From positions 1,736,001-1,800,000 of the forward strand of contig CM075992.1 of the NCBI GenBank assembly GCA_038087875.1: DNA of 64,000 nt, read 5' to 3'. Under the pieces are notes generated by a model. That model saw only the letters and a program-made list of their open reading frames with translations, ran no database searches and was not told where the DNA came from. This document shows positions 1-13,354 of this stretch, one piece after another; position 1 is the first letter of the stretch; every line of letters begins with the position of its first letter. A program made the position numbers and the translations under genes. The stretch is from Malacoraja senta. Its lineage: Eukaryota.

Positions 1-150
1 CAACGGGACAGGCAGCATCTCTGGAGAAGGAATGGGTGACGTTTCGGGTCGAGACCCTTCTTCAGTCTCGACCCGAAACATCACCCATACCTTCTCTCCA
101 GAGGTACTGCCCGTCCCCGCTGAGTTACTCCAGAATTTTGTGACTATCTA
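1..150. repeat. Penelope-derived short repeat, head-to-head inverted pair
   Basis: 1-65 is the reverse complement of the family consensus and includes a full CTGAAGA..GAAACGTC core; 66-150 is a forward copy. Confidence 0.85.
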
Positions 151-296
151 CAGCAAACAAGGCCTTGGTCATGCCTGAACCTTAAAAACAATTGATGCTG
201 GCTTGCCAATTTAAAGAACGAACATTTTCTGAAAGGAAAATTGCACGTCAAGATAAAGCTGACAAAAATGATGATTCCACAAAGTTCAGCAGTTGT

Positions 297-318
297 TTTA
301 TTTTAGAAACATTTTATT
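297..318 (-). terminator. ILF3: Poly(A) signals of the NF110 3'UTR
   Basis: Two AATAAA on the minus strand (313-318 and 297-302), about 0.9 kb after the stop and just before repeat sequence. Confidence 0.65.
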
Positions 319-1200
319 GAACCACTGAGGAAGGTCAACCGCAATACTGTTCAACTAATACAGGGGAAAAAAGTACAAAACATGGTCTCTTAAAATAATC
401 ACACAATTATAAAACTAAACCGGGAAAAGGAAAAGTACATTCCAGAACAAAGCTCCACTTCTAGACAGCTGCAAGAAAAAAATCATTGAGGAGTTATACA
501 TTACAGAGGACGGGATATTAAAGCATCACAACTGCCAGGCAAAAAAAAGACCCATTAAAGTGAATCACTGGAACCTGTTTGCTTAGGTGCACCATTTTAA
601 AATCTAATTTTAAAAAGGAACCATTGATGGTGCCGATAACACAGGGATTGGAATAATTAAAAAAAAAGAGGGGTTCTGCTTTAGTATTACAGCATTTGGG
701 GCCACAAAAACAAAAAGGGAATCTTCATTCAGTATAAGCCAACACCAAGTTGATCTGTTGTGATCTTTGTCAGTACAGTATCTTATCCAACACAGGGCAC
801 TATTTGGTCAGTAGTTGACAGCAATGCCCACTACCAAGGCCTTTGTTCACTACCTTCTGAGAAAAAATAATAATTTAACATTTTATACAATTATGACGAT
901 GCAGAATTATTGAAGTGGGCTCTCTGCCACAGCAAAATTGAAGGCAGCCTGTGCCAATTAGTTGGTGGTGCTGGAATTCCAGTCAAGATTCTACACACTA
1001 CAATATAGCATCACATACCACAGCACTACTTACTAGAGGAATGCTATTAATCTCAACCATAAGAGTCTGCAGTGCTCATGGAAAATGGTCATACAGGGCG
1101 TTTTTTAAAATTCATTGGCAGCATAAAAAAAGATACAGCAGTTAGAAAATAAAACAGAAGGGATATAGGGTTTTCTATGACAGGTCCTAGACATGACGAT

Positions 1201-1328
1201 TTATCTGTATTGATAGGTGTTCATGTGGTCCCCTCGGCTATAGCCCCCACCAGGGCTCGAATAGGACGACTGACCGGAACCATATCCTCCAGATATTGGT
1301 GCATTATAGCCACTCTGGGATGAGTACC
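1201..1328 (-). CDS. ILF3: ILF3 NF110 terminal coding exon
   Basis: (G)YSSQSGYNAPISGGYGSGQSSYSSPGGGYSRGDHMNTYQYR*; the YQYR* end is typical of ILF3/NF110. Confidence 0.95.
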
Positions 1329-2498
1329 CTGTGGATGATTTAGTGTTAGAATTGGACAGTTACATAGAATACCAAATATTCCATCAAGAAACTTTTACTC
1401 TTCCCTCAGATGTAGCAGCCTAACGTGCTGAGTATTTCCAGAAGTTTCTATTTCTATTTTACATTTCCAGCATCGTTTTCTTTTAAATTTCACCATTAAA
1501 TCTAATGAGCCAGCTTCTACCACCCTCATTGGGGGGCATTCCAGAGATTCACCACCCACTGAGAGATAACATTTTTGCACATCTTAATTTTTCTTTATTT
1601 TGTAGGAGAGATGTTATTATTATAGATTGCAGATCGCCAAAGACTAAGAGGTAATCTTTGCTCAATCTAACAAGTTATCTGGCAACTAAAAATGAAGAGT
1701 TCATGACACAGGCATCTCAATCTAAACAGTGAATGACCCAGTTACTCCATGTATTAGATGGCAGTTTCATGAATTCTTCAGAAAGTAAGTGCACTAAATT
1801 CCTCCACTACCCACATTTTTGGGATGCGTGAAGAAACTGAACGCCCAGGGGAAATTAAACCAACGCAGGGAGCAATTGCAAACTCCTAACAGATAGCAGC
1901 CAAAAACAGAATCAGTGCTGGAACTGCTACAATATTTGAGACGGTGCAGTGCGCTGCTCATACTTTAAATAGAGCTACATAATCTACCTCCCAATCTACA
2001 AGAACATTTTTTTTAAACACAGCAATATCAAAACCAACACAATCAATTTCAGATAATTCTCTTTAATAACCTGAGAACGCAGGACAATTTTTAAATTGTA
2101 ATATTAAAACCTTGGATCGTCAAACTAAATTAATCACTATTTCCAGAATTCAATTAATTTTAAAATGCAGTTTATTCTTTTATAATTTAAATATTTGGAA
2201 ATTCATCACCAAATGCTTTAAACTCTTCTCACCCACAATTTTAGTATTTTTAATGACATTTTTAAAAACTTCCTAGTTTACTTTCAATTTCTCCTTTGAA
2301 ATTAACCCATTTTCCAATATTTCTTTTCTCAAATATATTAAGAATTCCAAATATAATTTCCTTGGTCATGTTTTGCACGCTCATACTGGTTGCTTTAATA
2401 CCACCGCTCATCTCTATTCCCCCGCTCCCTCCCCCACCACATTTAGCGCCCTTATCATTTTAACACAAGATTAGTCAGAATACTTTCACAGATCTTAC

Positions 2499-2600
2499 CA
2501 GCATAAGAGCCACCAGTATTTCCACCTCCTCCATAACCTGATGTGCTGGAAGCACCATATGAATTACCGCCACCAGAACCATACGTCGAACCAGTGTATC
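2499..2600 (-). CDS. ILF3: ILF3 NF110 penultimate exon
   Basis: (G)YTGSTYGSGGGNSYGASSTSGYGGGGNTGGSYA; AG/GT, phase 1/1. Confidence 0.9.
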
Positions 2601-2825
2601 CTACAAAATTACAAGCAATTAGGAAACATGGTTGTTTATTGAGCAGAATTATCTTATCGTCCAGATTTCCTGCTTAATAAATACTTGAAGGGTAACTATT
2701 TACCCAATTACTTGGTGAACATCCTCCTGCCCCTGCCCTTCCCCCCCAAAAATTACTCCACATGTCTGAGCAAATTGAATTGAACCCATTGATCAGACTT
2801 CCAGCAGAGGGTATTACATGCCACC

Positions 2826-4475
2826 CAGGCACGTGCTGTCATGGTGGGCAAGGTAGGCACTGCCTACCCTGACTAAAATAATAAAATGGTAATTATTAAA
2901 TATAAATAGTAAAGGCATGGGAGAATAATGCCTACCTAAGAGATCGATCTCTAAGATAGGCATAATTCTCCGTGCCTTTCATGCACAGTACATGTAACAC
3001 GCGAAGGTCTGTGCAGCTGACGTGCCATCGATGCGGCTTCAAGCTGTCAATTTCCAGGGTACTGAAGGCAGCTGAAATTCTGCCTTTGCAGTACTGCCCA
3101 TGAGCAGCAGCCTACTGCGCAGCGCAAGCTTCTTGGCGGGCTTTTAAAAAATGGACTGCCATTATCTTAAGAAACAAAGAGAGAAGAATGGAGTTCGGGT
3201 ACAAATGATGTAGTAAGTAAATTTCTTGGTGTTATAGGTTTTTAAATACTGTATTTCCCGGTGATGTAGATGCTATTTTTTACCCCAAAATAAGGCATGA
3301 AAATTTACATGTGTCTTGGAAGCCGAAGTTGGAAGGTTGTTAGCTAAGAAATATAAACTTGGCTATCCCTCAGTACAGCAATATCAAGAACAATGTTGTT
3401 GTACTGAGGGATACCCAAGTCTATCCCTCATTGCTGGCAGCTGATGGGAAGCGGCTGTAAAAGGACAGCACTGCTGAGGTGGGGAGAGTTCCTTTCACAG
3501 CGTGTGGGGAGTCTGTCCCAGGGTAAAGTTGCGTGGAGGGCAGGAGCGTTGAGAAGGAGGTGGATCATGCCAGCAACTCACTTGCCGCAACGCTCTGGGC
3601 GCGGAGCCACCGCATTGTGGCCGGGGGGAGAAGTAGCTCGGGTGGCTGCGAGCGGCCGCCGGGACCGGACAGCGGAACTGGTCCCCGCTCACCTCTTGCA
3701 GTGCTCTCCGTCTGAAAACCTCTCTCCTGCCGCTCGCCGGCCTCACTCATGTTAGCCGCTTCCCACAAATCCTTAGATCCCGACAGTGCGATCAAGGGAC
3801 CAATTGAGGTTACGCGGCTGTCGGAATTTAAGGATTTGCAGGAAGCGGCTGACAAGAGCGAAGCCGGTGAGAGATGTTCAGACGGAAAGCACTGCAAGAG
3901 GTGAACAGGCCGGCAGAAGGCGCTGAGGTGGCGTCCAGTTCCGCTGTCCGGTCCTGAGGCCACTCGCAGCCACCCAAGCTGCTTCCCATCCCGGCCACAA
4001 TGCGGGGCTCCGCGCCCGGAGCGCCGAGTGAGTGAGTTACTGGCATGATCCCCGACCCCCTCAATTGGTCCCTTGAACAAGTATTGTCATTCAATAAGAT
4101 CACAACTGATTCAACTTGTCCCGGTGTGCTCCCGTTTTCCCCACCATCTCTCCACCAGCCGTCACCCTCCATCCCCCATCCATTCAGTAATTCAGAATGA
4201 AGGAAAGGAAGCCTTGGGCAAATCGCTTTATTTATTTTTTAGCATAAGAAATTCTATGTCCCACAAGCCTTTTTTCAAAATTTAACAACTCAAAATGGGG
4301 GTGCGTTTTCATTGCCGGGAAATACGGTACTTATATTAAGAGATTTGGCTTTTGAAGACTTTATAAAAGTCGACCGACAGCTTACGGAGAGAACAATCTG
4401 TGCATGCGCGGTTTAAGATTTTTTTTAAAGCCGACTGACTGCCTACCCTGAGTAATTACTCACGGCACGTGCCTG
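2826..4475. mobile_element. Non-autonomous hAT-superfamily DNA transposon
   Basis: TIRs CAGGCACGTGC...GCACGTGCCTG; perfect 8-bp TSD ATGCCACC at 2818-2825 and 4476-4483. Confidence 0.85.
3249..4327. mobile_element. Tc1/mariner-superfamily (Tc2/pogo-like) non-autonomous element nested in the hAT element
   Basis: TIRs CTGTATTTCCCGG...CCGGGAAATACGG flanked by TA dinucleotides. Confidence 0.75.
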
Positions 4476-4882
4476 ATGCCACCAGAGAGTATATTTTCAG
4501 GAAACATGCCGAGATCGTCAGTACCATGAAGTGAATCAGTGTTCAATCTTGGAAAGATATCCACAGCCCACCCTGGAATGCTATTTCTCGTCTACATTTC
4601 CCAACTGTATTAAAATCAAGGACAATCATTTACAAGAATCTATAAATGTTTCAATTCTACTGTACAAATTCTCAGCACCTAGTGTCAGGATTATATATAT
4701 TTGCCTTATTTTTGGTTGAGTGATGTAGGGGAGATTCTACATTGTTTCCCACTACGACTAACAAACATACAACATATACATATTCCTACCACTAACCACC
4801 ACTCCACAATCCGTAAAACCCAGAAAAAAATCCGTAAAAACGACGAGATTCTGTTCACGAAAACGTTAAGAATATTACATAC

Positions 4883-5302
4883 CACCTTTTCGTTCATATT
4901 CCGCATTAGCACCAAGATTCTGACTTGGATAGGAACTACTGTAGGAGGATCCTGAATACGAGTAATTCTGACTGTTGTAGGCTTTTGATTTTGCTGGGGC
5001 TGAAAGTGGGGGTTGGCTGTAGCTGGTGTACTGGCCCTGGCTGTACGTGGCCGGTGGGGACTGGTATCCGCTGGCACCAGCGCTGCCGCCACCACCGCCA
5101 CCACTACCGGCGGCGGCACCACCACCACCACCACTGGCACTGCCGCCACTTCCTCCTCCACCGCTGTACGATGATTTCTGTAGCGGGGGCTGTGGCTTGA
5201 CTGGCTTCTTTGGCGGAGGGGTATTATAGCCATCATTCTGGCTATAAGAGTACCCTCCTGAAGTGCCTGAACCGGAGTAGCTGCCACTGTTGTAATAGTT
5301 AC
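4883..5302 (-). CDS. ILF3: ILF3 NF110-specific GQSY-rich exon
   Basis: (G)NYYNSGSYSGSGTSGGYSYSQNDGYNTPPPKKPVKPQPPLQKSSYSGGGG...NAEYERKG; strong acceptor; donor |GTATGT after 4883 (a weaker in-frame GT lies 3 nt upstream). Confidence 0.9.
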
Positions 5303-5729
5303 CTGTGGGAGAAAGGGGAAAAAAAAAGTCCAGTTACTTTATCCCAACTTCTCCAAATTAAATAGCTGATATTTAATATATATATATTTTTTAAATCCTA
5401 ATAAACCGGTCAAATTCAGATAAACCAGAATGATTTATGACAGTTCAAAAGACTATTGCATGCCCGGTACCACACTAACAATTTTACGCTGTGGTCTTGC
5501 AAGCCAAAACTGTTAACATTATTGTTTAAAACGATGCAAATTTAATACATTATCATTAACACCACAGTCTTTCAGAATAAACAAAAGACTCAATCAAGAT
5601 TAAGGGTTTTCAGAAATTGAAGAGAATTTTAGTGAGGCTTGAGCCAACAATGGCAAGATACACTAGAGGCTAGAATTTGGGGAGAGGGAAAGATCAGCGT
5701 CAGACTTGTAGTCAGAAATAGAAACTGAC

Positions 5730-5964
5730 TTTAGAGATCTGCGCTGACCAGCGACACCCGTACCCAAATTCTATCCAACACACTAGGGACAATCTACAGA
5801 CGCTAATTAACCTATCAAACTGAGCGTCTTTGGAATATGGGAGGAAACCGGAGCCCCCCGGAGAAAACCCATGTGGTCGCAGGGAGAAAGTACAAACTCC
5901 GTACAGACAGCACCCGTAGTCAGGATGGACCCTGCGTCTCTGGCGAAGTAAGGCAGCAACTCTA
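5730..5964 (-). mobile_element. tRNA-derived SINE, partial
   Basis: Reverse complement of the SINE family at 6433-6735. Confidence 0.75.
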
Positions 5965-6432
5965 AAGATTGAGCTTGCAACAAATGCAGTATTTCTATTG
6001 TGGATTTGAACGAGGCAGAAAGGGGCCAAGGAGACAGAACTGGGCACCATCAGCATGACGATTTCGCAGTGTGACCAAGGTACAGCATAAAGAGCAAAAA
6101 CAGATCAAGATTCTGACACAAGTGGAAATGTGAGAGTGGGAAAGACCATTCTGGAAATTCTCCTACTTGGGTGTGCTACAGAGCTCGACATACTTTGTAG
6201 AGTCCAGAAGACTGTCAACAACTATGGAAAGTTAAGAGTTGTGTGCTGGGGAAATGACAAACTCAAGATTTAAAGGAGAGTTCTGGAAATATGAAAATGG
6301 ATTTGAAATGCAGCAACACGTTTGTAACGTGGCAGGTAGTTTCTCTCCCCGAGTAGGGTATTGTGATGACAAAAGAATTTGCAAACAAGTGCTCTCTAGA
6401 TTGTGTTTATATTAATCATGCACATGGGCATT

Positions 6433-6735
6433 CACTGTGGTGCGGCGGTAGGATTGCTGCCTTTCAGCGAATGCACCACCGGAGACCCGGGTTCAACATC
6501 GACTACGGGTGCTGTCTGTACGTTCTCCCCGTGACCTGTGTGGGTTTTCTCCGAGATCTTCGGTTTCCTCCCACACTCCAAAGACATACAGGCTTGTAGG
6601 TTAATTGGCTTGGTAAATGTAAAAATTGTCCCTCGTGGGTGTAGGATAGTGTTAATGTGCGGGCATCGCTGGTCGGCGCAGACCCGGTGGGCCTGTTTCC
6701 GCACTGTATCTCTAAACTAAATAAACTAAACTAAA
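6433..6735 (+). mobile_element. tRNA-derived SINE (elasmobranch HE1/V-SINE-like), full length
   Basis: Pol III A/B-box-like 5' part, core GGTTTCCTCCCACACTCCAAAGAC, 3' CTGTATCTC(TAAAC)n tail; several copies in the window. Confidence 0.8.
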
Positions 6736-7454
6736 CTGCACAACAGAGGCGCAATTTTGGACCAGAAATGGTGCAATCTGAAAGAACCGTATATCCTAGT
6801 TTATTGGCTACAATTACAAACTAGTTGTCTGGCTTTTCATTGTGGGTCAACCACAAGTTCTATACTCAACATTCTTCACCAGTACCATTCCACACCATAA
6901 TCAAACTGTGCAAAGCAATGAACAATTTGTCTTACTGTTGACCTTCAAACCACATATCCCATTTCTAATTGAAACAAATGTTTCCCTTTACCATAATTGG
7001 AGCTCTCAACCAAATCTATTTACTCTCCCCTTCCAGCCAGAAATATATCTGTCCGTCTGAGCAGACTAATGTAAAACTGAAGAAATAGGCCCTTCAGCTT
7101 ACCTGATCTTTTTACTCATCTCCCATTAGGCCATAACGACCTATTTCCATGTCTTGGTCATTTCAGTGTATTTCCTTACCAAAATGCACTGCCTTTCCAT
7201 CTCAACAAAACCGTAGGGTAGCATAAAACAATTAGTCTGTTAATTTACATGGAAGACACCAATCTTGACCAGACACATCTTCCCCTCTCTGCCTGGCAGA
7301 GAGGTCCACTCCTTTCTCTGCTCTTCAAAACCACTAATTACCACTTTCACTCCCAGGAAATGCGACATCCATCTTTTTATCATCTTACCATTCAGGGACT
7401 TCAGGCACTTATAATTTCATAAAGAGGGATTCCACAGCATACGCGAGCCAAATT

Positions 7455-7715
7455 TGCACAGCAGTAGAGCTGCTACCTCTCAACGCTCGAGATCCAGGTG
7501 TGATCCTGACTACAGGTGTTGTACGTTCTCCTTATGACTGCATGGGTTTTCACTGGGTTCTCTGGTTTCCTCCCACATTCCAAAGATGTGCAAGTTTGAC
7601 TTCTGTAAATTGTCCCTAGTGTGCAGGATTGGATAGCATAAAACTAATGTACAGGCGATCGATGGCCCGCACGGACTCGGTGAGCCTGTTTCCATTCTGT
7701 ATCTCTAAACTAAAC
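7455..7715 (+). mobile_element. tRNA-derived SINE
   Basis: Same core and (TAAAC)n tail as 6433-6735. Confidence 0.75.
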
Positions 7716-8539
7716 TTCATTGGTCACAAAGGAATCATAGTTGAATTTGTACCATTGGCGTAGTAATTTTTGCAATCGCTAGGTTAGACTAATTTAGACG
7801 AATTAGATGACTGTGGCAATATTTAGCAGATATTACAACAGGGGAATTATATTTCAGGCAGCTTTAAGAGATCAGGATTGAATCTTAGAAAATGATCTCT
7901 TAAAAAGCATTAAAACAGCACTTTATTTACCCCTTGTTTGGAAATAGTGAAGAAAATAGAATATTGAAATATCATTTGAGTTGTGTTGCGTAGGACCTTC
8001 AAACCCAAATTGTATTTGGTCTATACAGATTACTGGTATGTCTGCCTTTAATAAGCGGGCCTTCTGTATTGGTTATTATTCTCTAAATAAAAGGTTATTT
8101 AGATTCTGCAGATATTAAAATAAATTTACCGACCTTTTGAATTGAAGGAAAAGGTTGGAATTATACCTACTTTATCAATAATCATACCTAGGTATGTTTC
8201 ATTATGGTCTTGATATAATTATTAAATTTCATATTGCTTAAATTTCAGTTCTGCAGACCGAGGAAAGAGCCTAAACCACAAGACTACTCATCTTGATATT
8301 TTAAGGTGGTAACGGCAAAAATGGGCGTCAATGAAATCTATGGGTGGAATCAGTAGTATTGAAATGTAGTTGTAATGCTATAATACTGTAATATGATATT
8401 CCGCACTCTGGTGCTTTTTGCTCTGCGTTATCTGTTGTTGTGTATGGCATAATTGAACTCGTATATGGTTTGACTCATTAACAGGGTTTTTCACTGTATC
8501 TAGGCAAGCGACAATAATAAACTAATACCACTGCCTACC

Positions 8540-9180
8540 TAAAAGTCTCATAAATACCACTATTGTATCTGCTTCTAGCACCACCCCTGGCAGCACGTTG
8601 CAGACAGCTACCCCTCCTGGTTAAAAACTAGCCCCACATGTCTTGTTTAAAAACTGTCCCTCTGATCTTCAAGCTAAACCCTCCAAGTCTTTGATATTTC
8701 TACCCTGGGAAGAAGGTTGTGATTGCCTACCTCTCCTATGCCTTTCATAATTTTATAACTTGCATCAGTCCCCAACACTCCAGAGAGAACAATCCAAATT
8801 TGTCCAACCTCTCCTTGTAACTAATCCAGGCAGCATCCTAGTAAACATCCTCTGCACCCTCTCTAAAGCCGCCAATACTTCATATAATGGGGCTACCAGA
8901 ACTACGCACAATTCTTCAAATACAGCTCAACCAGTTTTACAAAACTGCAACAACTTCCTGACTCTTCCGCTCAATCCCTGGACCGATGGAGGCAAGCATA
9001 CCATTCGCCTTCTTTACCACTGTATTACTAGTAGCTACAGAATTGGATCTCAAAATCCCTATATACCAATCCTATACAGCAACCCTTTCAAAGGTCCTGC
9101 CATTAACTGTATACTTTCCTCCTGCATTTGACTTTTCAAAGTGCAAAAACTCACACTTGCTCAGATTAAACACCATCTGC
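8540..9180 (-). mobile_element. CR1 LINE 3' fragment (degenerate)
   Basis: Reverse complement resembles the CR1 ORF2 C-terminal region seen at 21336; boundaries approximate. Confidence 0.6.
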
Positions 9181-9789
9181 CATAGATGTAGACAACTTCA
9201 AAGCTTTCCCAACCGTGTTAAATTACTGATAGTATTTTTTTGATACTCGGAGGGAGGTAACAGCAAAGCGATAAGGGTAGACAGGTTTGATCATTAATTA
9301 AGGTTAACAAACATTAATTTTCTTTTGCTGAGCGAGCAGAGGTTTGTAAAGTTACTTACAAGTGTTATAATTGGAATTGTTCCAATTGGGCTCTTCAAAA
9401 CCATCATTCCAACTTGGACATATTGACATTCCTTCATAGCAAACGGGTTAAAAACTTTTATTGAACTTGAATGAAACAACCTGACATCAGTTCTGATTAA
9501 GTTGCTATACAATTGTTCTCATAGAAAAAAATTGTTACACAACACAAAAAAGCAAGCAATAAAAGGTTGAGGCACAATAAAGTAGGTCATACATAAAATC
9601 CCTTGAATTGCAACCTTACTGCTTCAACTGAAATCGTTTATTTTTAAATTTGGATAGGGCCGGGTCAATACATTACACACCATACTCTATCTACATTATG
9701 AAAACTCACATTTAAAGTAACAGATAACCCAGCCCAGTAAGAACAAAGTCAAAACAAAGCACTGATCTGAATCATTTGAAACTGGCCCA

Positions 9790-10790
9790 ACATCAGTAGA
9801 GAAAATGCTGGAAAATGTGAAGGATGTAACAGAACTAGTCAGATTGATTAAATTCTGCGTAGACTAATCAATTGGAGCTCAACGATGTAGCTCATGGGAT
9901 AGGTGAGGAGGTGACATTCAGTGGATGTTTTTATAGCAATCAAGTCTTTCGATGAGGTCCATTCAGGTGCTGGTCATCGGGGTTGCATTGCAGAGTAATA
10001 CACTGACACAGACAAGGAATTACTTAACATGCAGTAGGTTTTGAGTGGGGTTTCAGCTGGCAGTTTTGAGCGAGACACAGCTGGGATCAATCAGTAACTT
10101 GGCCAAAACAGACCAAATGTCGTGTTTCAAAATTTGCTGACAGTACAAAGCTAGGTTGGATTGTGAAGACATGAGAATGCATTTGCTGGAATCTGTGTGT
10201 TTTCCAGTAGAGTGTAGGTAGGACTGCAAGTAGGGAGAAATAAAGAAGCTTCCAAGAGAATACAGGCAAGTGGGCGAAACATGGCAAATGGAAGAAATTG
10301 TGGAAAAATGTATGCAAACCATTTTGGGGCGAATAACAGAAAAGGTTTAAGCAAGGGCAACAGGCTGGGTATTCGCCATACAAGGAGAGACCAAATAGGC
10401 TTAGCCTATATTTTCTGGAGATTATGAAAATAAGAGATCTCATTGATACACAAATCCTTGAAGGGATTTACAGGCTGGATACAGAATATCCCCACTGCCA
10501 GGAGCCCAGAACCAGGGATCAATTACACACTAATGGTTAGGAAATTTAGAACCAAGGCACGGAGAAATATCTGTACCAAGGGTTGCAGATCTTTGGAATT
10601 TTCTACCCAGGAGTATTAAAGAGACTCAGATCATTGAGTTCATTCAAAATAGGTTTCTAGATAGCAAGTGAATCAAGGGACACAGGGACAGTACAGTAAA
10701 ATGGAGCTGAGGTAGAAGATCAGGCATGATCTAAATGGACGGCAGAGCAGGCTCAAAAGGGACAGATGGCTTTCTTCTGCTCTAATTCTT
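9790..10790 (+). mobile_element. CR1 LINE 3' fragments (degenerate)
   Basis: RT-like remnant (GATGTT...TTTCGATGAGGTCC) and a CR1-type 3' end; boundaries approximate. Confidence 0.55.
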
Positions 10791-11229
10791 ATGTGTTATC
10801 AAATACCACCACACAAATAGTTTGCTGGTTGATTTTTTTTAAATTTCAACCAGTAAAACATTGGATTTTAGATAATACTCCACACTGAAAAAAGCTATGT
10901 AAACATTAGATCTAGTGGCTCAATCGAACATGGTAATAGGGAAAAGCAAATATTTCTACCTCCTGACAAAACCCTTTCAGTGGAACATACTCGTTGATAC
11001 ATGGACATATATGGTTGTAAATGCAAGGTTAAGATTCCGTGTCCACAAGTATGAGAAGTGCACTTTCAAAGGAATACTCTAATCAGGATTGCAGTTTTTT
11101 TCCCCAGCAGGAGTTAGTTTTTAATTAGCAAAATGCTAAATGGAGATTCAATTTGTCTGTTGTCGTTTAATCCAGATCTACAACAAATATTTTTCAAAAT
11201 TTATAAACATACCATTTATAATAATGAGC

Positions 11230-11714
11230 TTTATTAACTAGCTCAATGTTTGCTCCATTTTGATTCAAAACAATACCTAATCTGCAAAAACATGTCAAAA
11301 TTATTTGGCATAAATGCAGTGCCAACACAAAATGTGATACTTGTTAATACACTGCTACCATCAATGAACATAACCATTCACTCTGCTAAACACCGTTAGC
11401 AATGTGAAGTTCTCAATGTAGAACTGGTGTTTTTTTTAGTTTTATTGGGAATGTTACTCTACTGTGAATAGCGGTAATGCCACATAAAATAAAATTGAAG
11501 TTATTTTGCTCCAGCTGCATGTTCAATGTATCACATTACCAGTATCAACAAGGACAACCTTTAAATTGCATTAAATTTAAATCAGGCTGACAGTCATATT
11601 TTGTTACATTGTATCACTGGGTTAAAACATATTCCAAATCAGAACAGTTTCTTTGGATAGCAAAATTCTTTTGTTTCTTCTCTGCTTTGGCATTCCCTCC
11701 CCCTACAATTTATT
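11230..11714 (-). terminator. ILF3: Candidate poly(A) signals of the NF90-type 3'UTR
   Basis: AATAAA on the minus strand at 11709-11714, 11441-11446 and 11230-11235; which one is used cannot be told from sequence. Confidence 0.5.
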
Positions 11715-11972
11715 GCTTTATAGGTGCGGTGATCTTTCAGAAGACTCCTCCCCAAGTCTTGACAATACAAAAAGTAACAAATCCTGCAGATGGATGCAAG
11801 AATTCGGAGTCAATAACCAGTGTGAATTATGTAGTTTCAGTGGTATCGACAAGAAACCAGAGTCCAGATGAAGCAGTATAGTCCAGCAAGTGTCTACAGA
11901 TTTTGGGCGTCAACAGTTCAAATGAGTTAGACCAAACTGGGAGGGGCAGGATTTTGAATCAATTTTCACCCT

Positions 11973-12016
11973 CTAGCCAGAGGGAAAATCTTGGAAGCTG
12001 TCTTTGAAAAAGTCAC
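11973..12016 (-). CDS. ILF3: ILF3 NF90-specific alternative terminal exon (coding part)
   Basis: Pyrimidine tract then tgtag|GT GAC TTT TTC... = (G)DFFKDSFQDFPSG*, resembling the mammalian NF90 C-terminus (DFFTDC...DFG). Confidence 0.88.
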
Positions 12017-13255
12017 CTACAGCTGGGAGACAGAGCAGAGAAAAAAAAATTAGGCCTGCTTTGTAAAAGGTAGAATGCCAATTTTTTTTTTAGATTTCTC
12101 TGCTCCTGTCACCTTGTGCAAGTGTCTTTTTCTGAGGGAAGCAGCTTCCTTGTGTACAATTTCAGCTGATAAATGCAGTTTGCTTCATGTGGCTTACAAA
12201 GCAGAGAAATATAAAACAAGCCAACTGCAATCCAGCAATAAGCAGTGGATACATCTACAGTACTAGAGACACTCTAGGAGGCTTCTGGCATTAACAACTA
12301 GCTCAGAGATTGTCATCAAGTACACATCATTCAAACCAGAACCAAACATAAACCCATTTCCAGATTGGAACTCAAATTATCCTGGAGACTGAGGGGGGTG
12401 GGCCCAGATTTTCTGCTCCCAATTTTTACTTAAACTGACACACAGCCTGGTGAGGACCAGATCAAGCAGAGTTGCTATACCAGCCAGTCCCAGTAACATA
12501 ACTGGTTCTGCTTAAATTCCAGGAATTTCACCTGGATGTGGGCATCTAACAAAAAAATAAGTGTCTGGAAAAGTGGTGCAAAACCTTTATCCATGTATCA
12601 ATTTTATTCTTCTACATTGAAACCCGTAAACCATTTCCACCAAGTTGGTAGTTATGATTCGTACCAAAATATTGGCCTTTATGAGCATAATTAATATCAG
12701 CTGCAAGAATCTATCTGGCGCAGTCAACTTGATACAAAAATTCAATATTTAAGTTAAGAATTTCAGTAATATTTTACTGAAACAAATTGAAAGAGACTGC
12801 GCGCGAGGCTGATTTAGAAATGAAAATTAATAATCCTAACATAACATGGCATCCTCTAATGGAATTACATCTTCACTTGGGTGAACAGCTTAATGATCGG
12901 AGCTAACTTACACCAGAAGATGATTTTTAAGGTACCAAAAGGTGTTTCCTTGCAAATTTAGTTACTGTCCCCAATATTGGGATTATACAAGATACATTTA
13001 TTTGTCACATGTACCAATTGGTACAGTGAAATGTGTGGTCTACGTGTGCAGAAATCAGAGGGCAACTAGCTTTATTTATCAGATTTAGACACAATGGGTT
13101 ATGTACTAAATAAAAATTGCACACATTTTGGTTAGAATCACACTTTTATCTTGCAAGCCCAAAAAGGGGGAATCAGAAAATGGGAGCCATTTGTTGGAGA
13201 ATAATGTGTAGCACATAAAGCTGTCCGATGCACTTTTAAAATAATTACTCCTTAC

Positions 13256-13354
13256 CATATCCACTTGAAGAATTAGAAGATCCATAACCATAGTTGGTGC
13301 CACCACTTCCTCCTCCTCCACCATATCCATAGCTTCCCCCACCATAACCAGTCC
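13256..13354 (-). CDS. ILF3: ILF3 last common coding exon (G/Y/S-rich)
   Basis: (G)TGYGGGSYGYGGGGSGGTNYGYGSSNSSSGY; AAG acceptor, G|GTAAGG donor, phase 1/1. Confidence 0.88.

Noticed and set aside
3444-4172. Cluster of ORFs up to 171 aa
   Set aside because: Produced by the GC-rich inverted arms of a non-autonomous element; no transposase motifs.
4706-5287. 193-aa minus ORF and Pro/His-rich plus ORFs
   Set aside because: Alternative frames of the repetitive GQSY exon; the real frame is fixed by splice phases.
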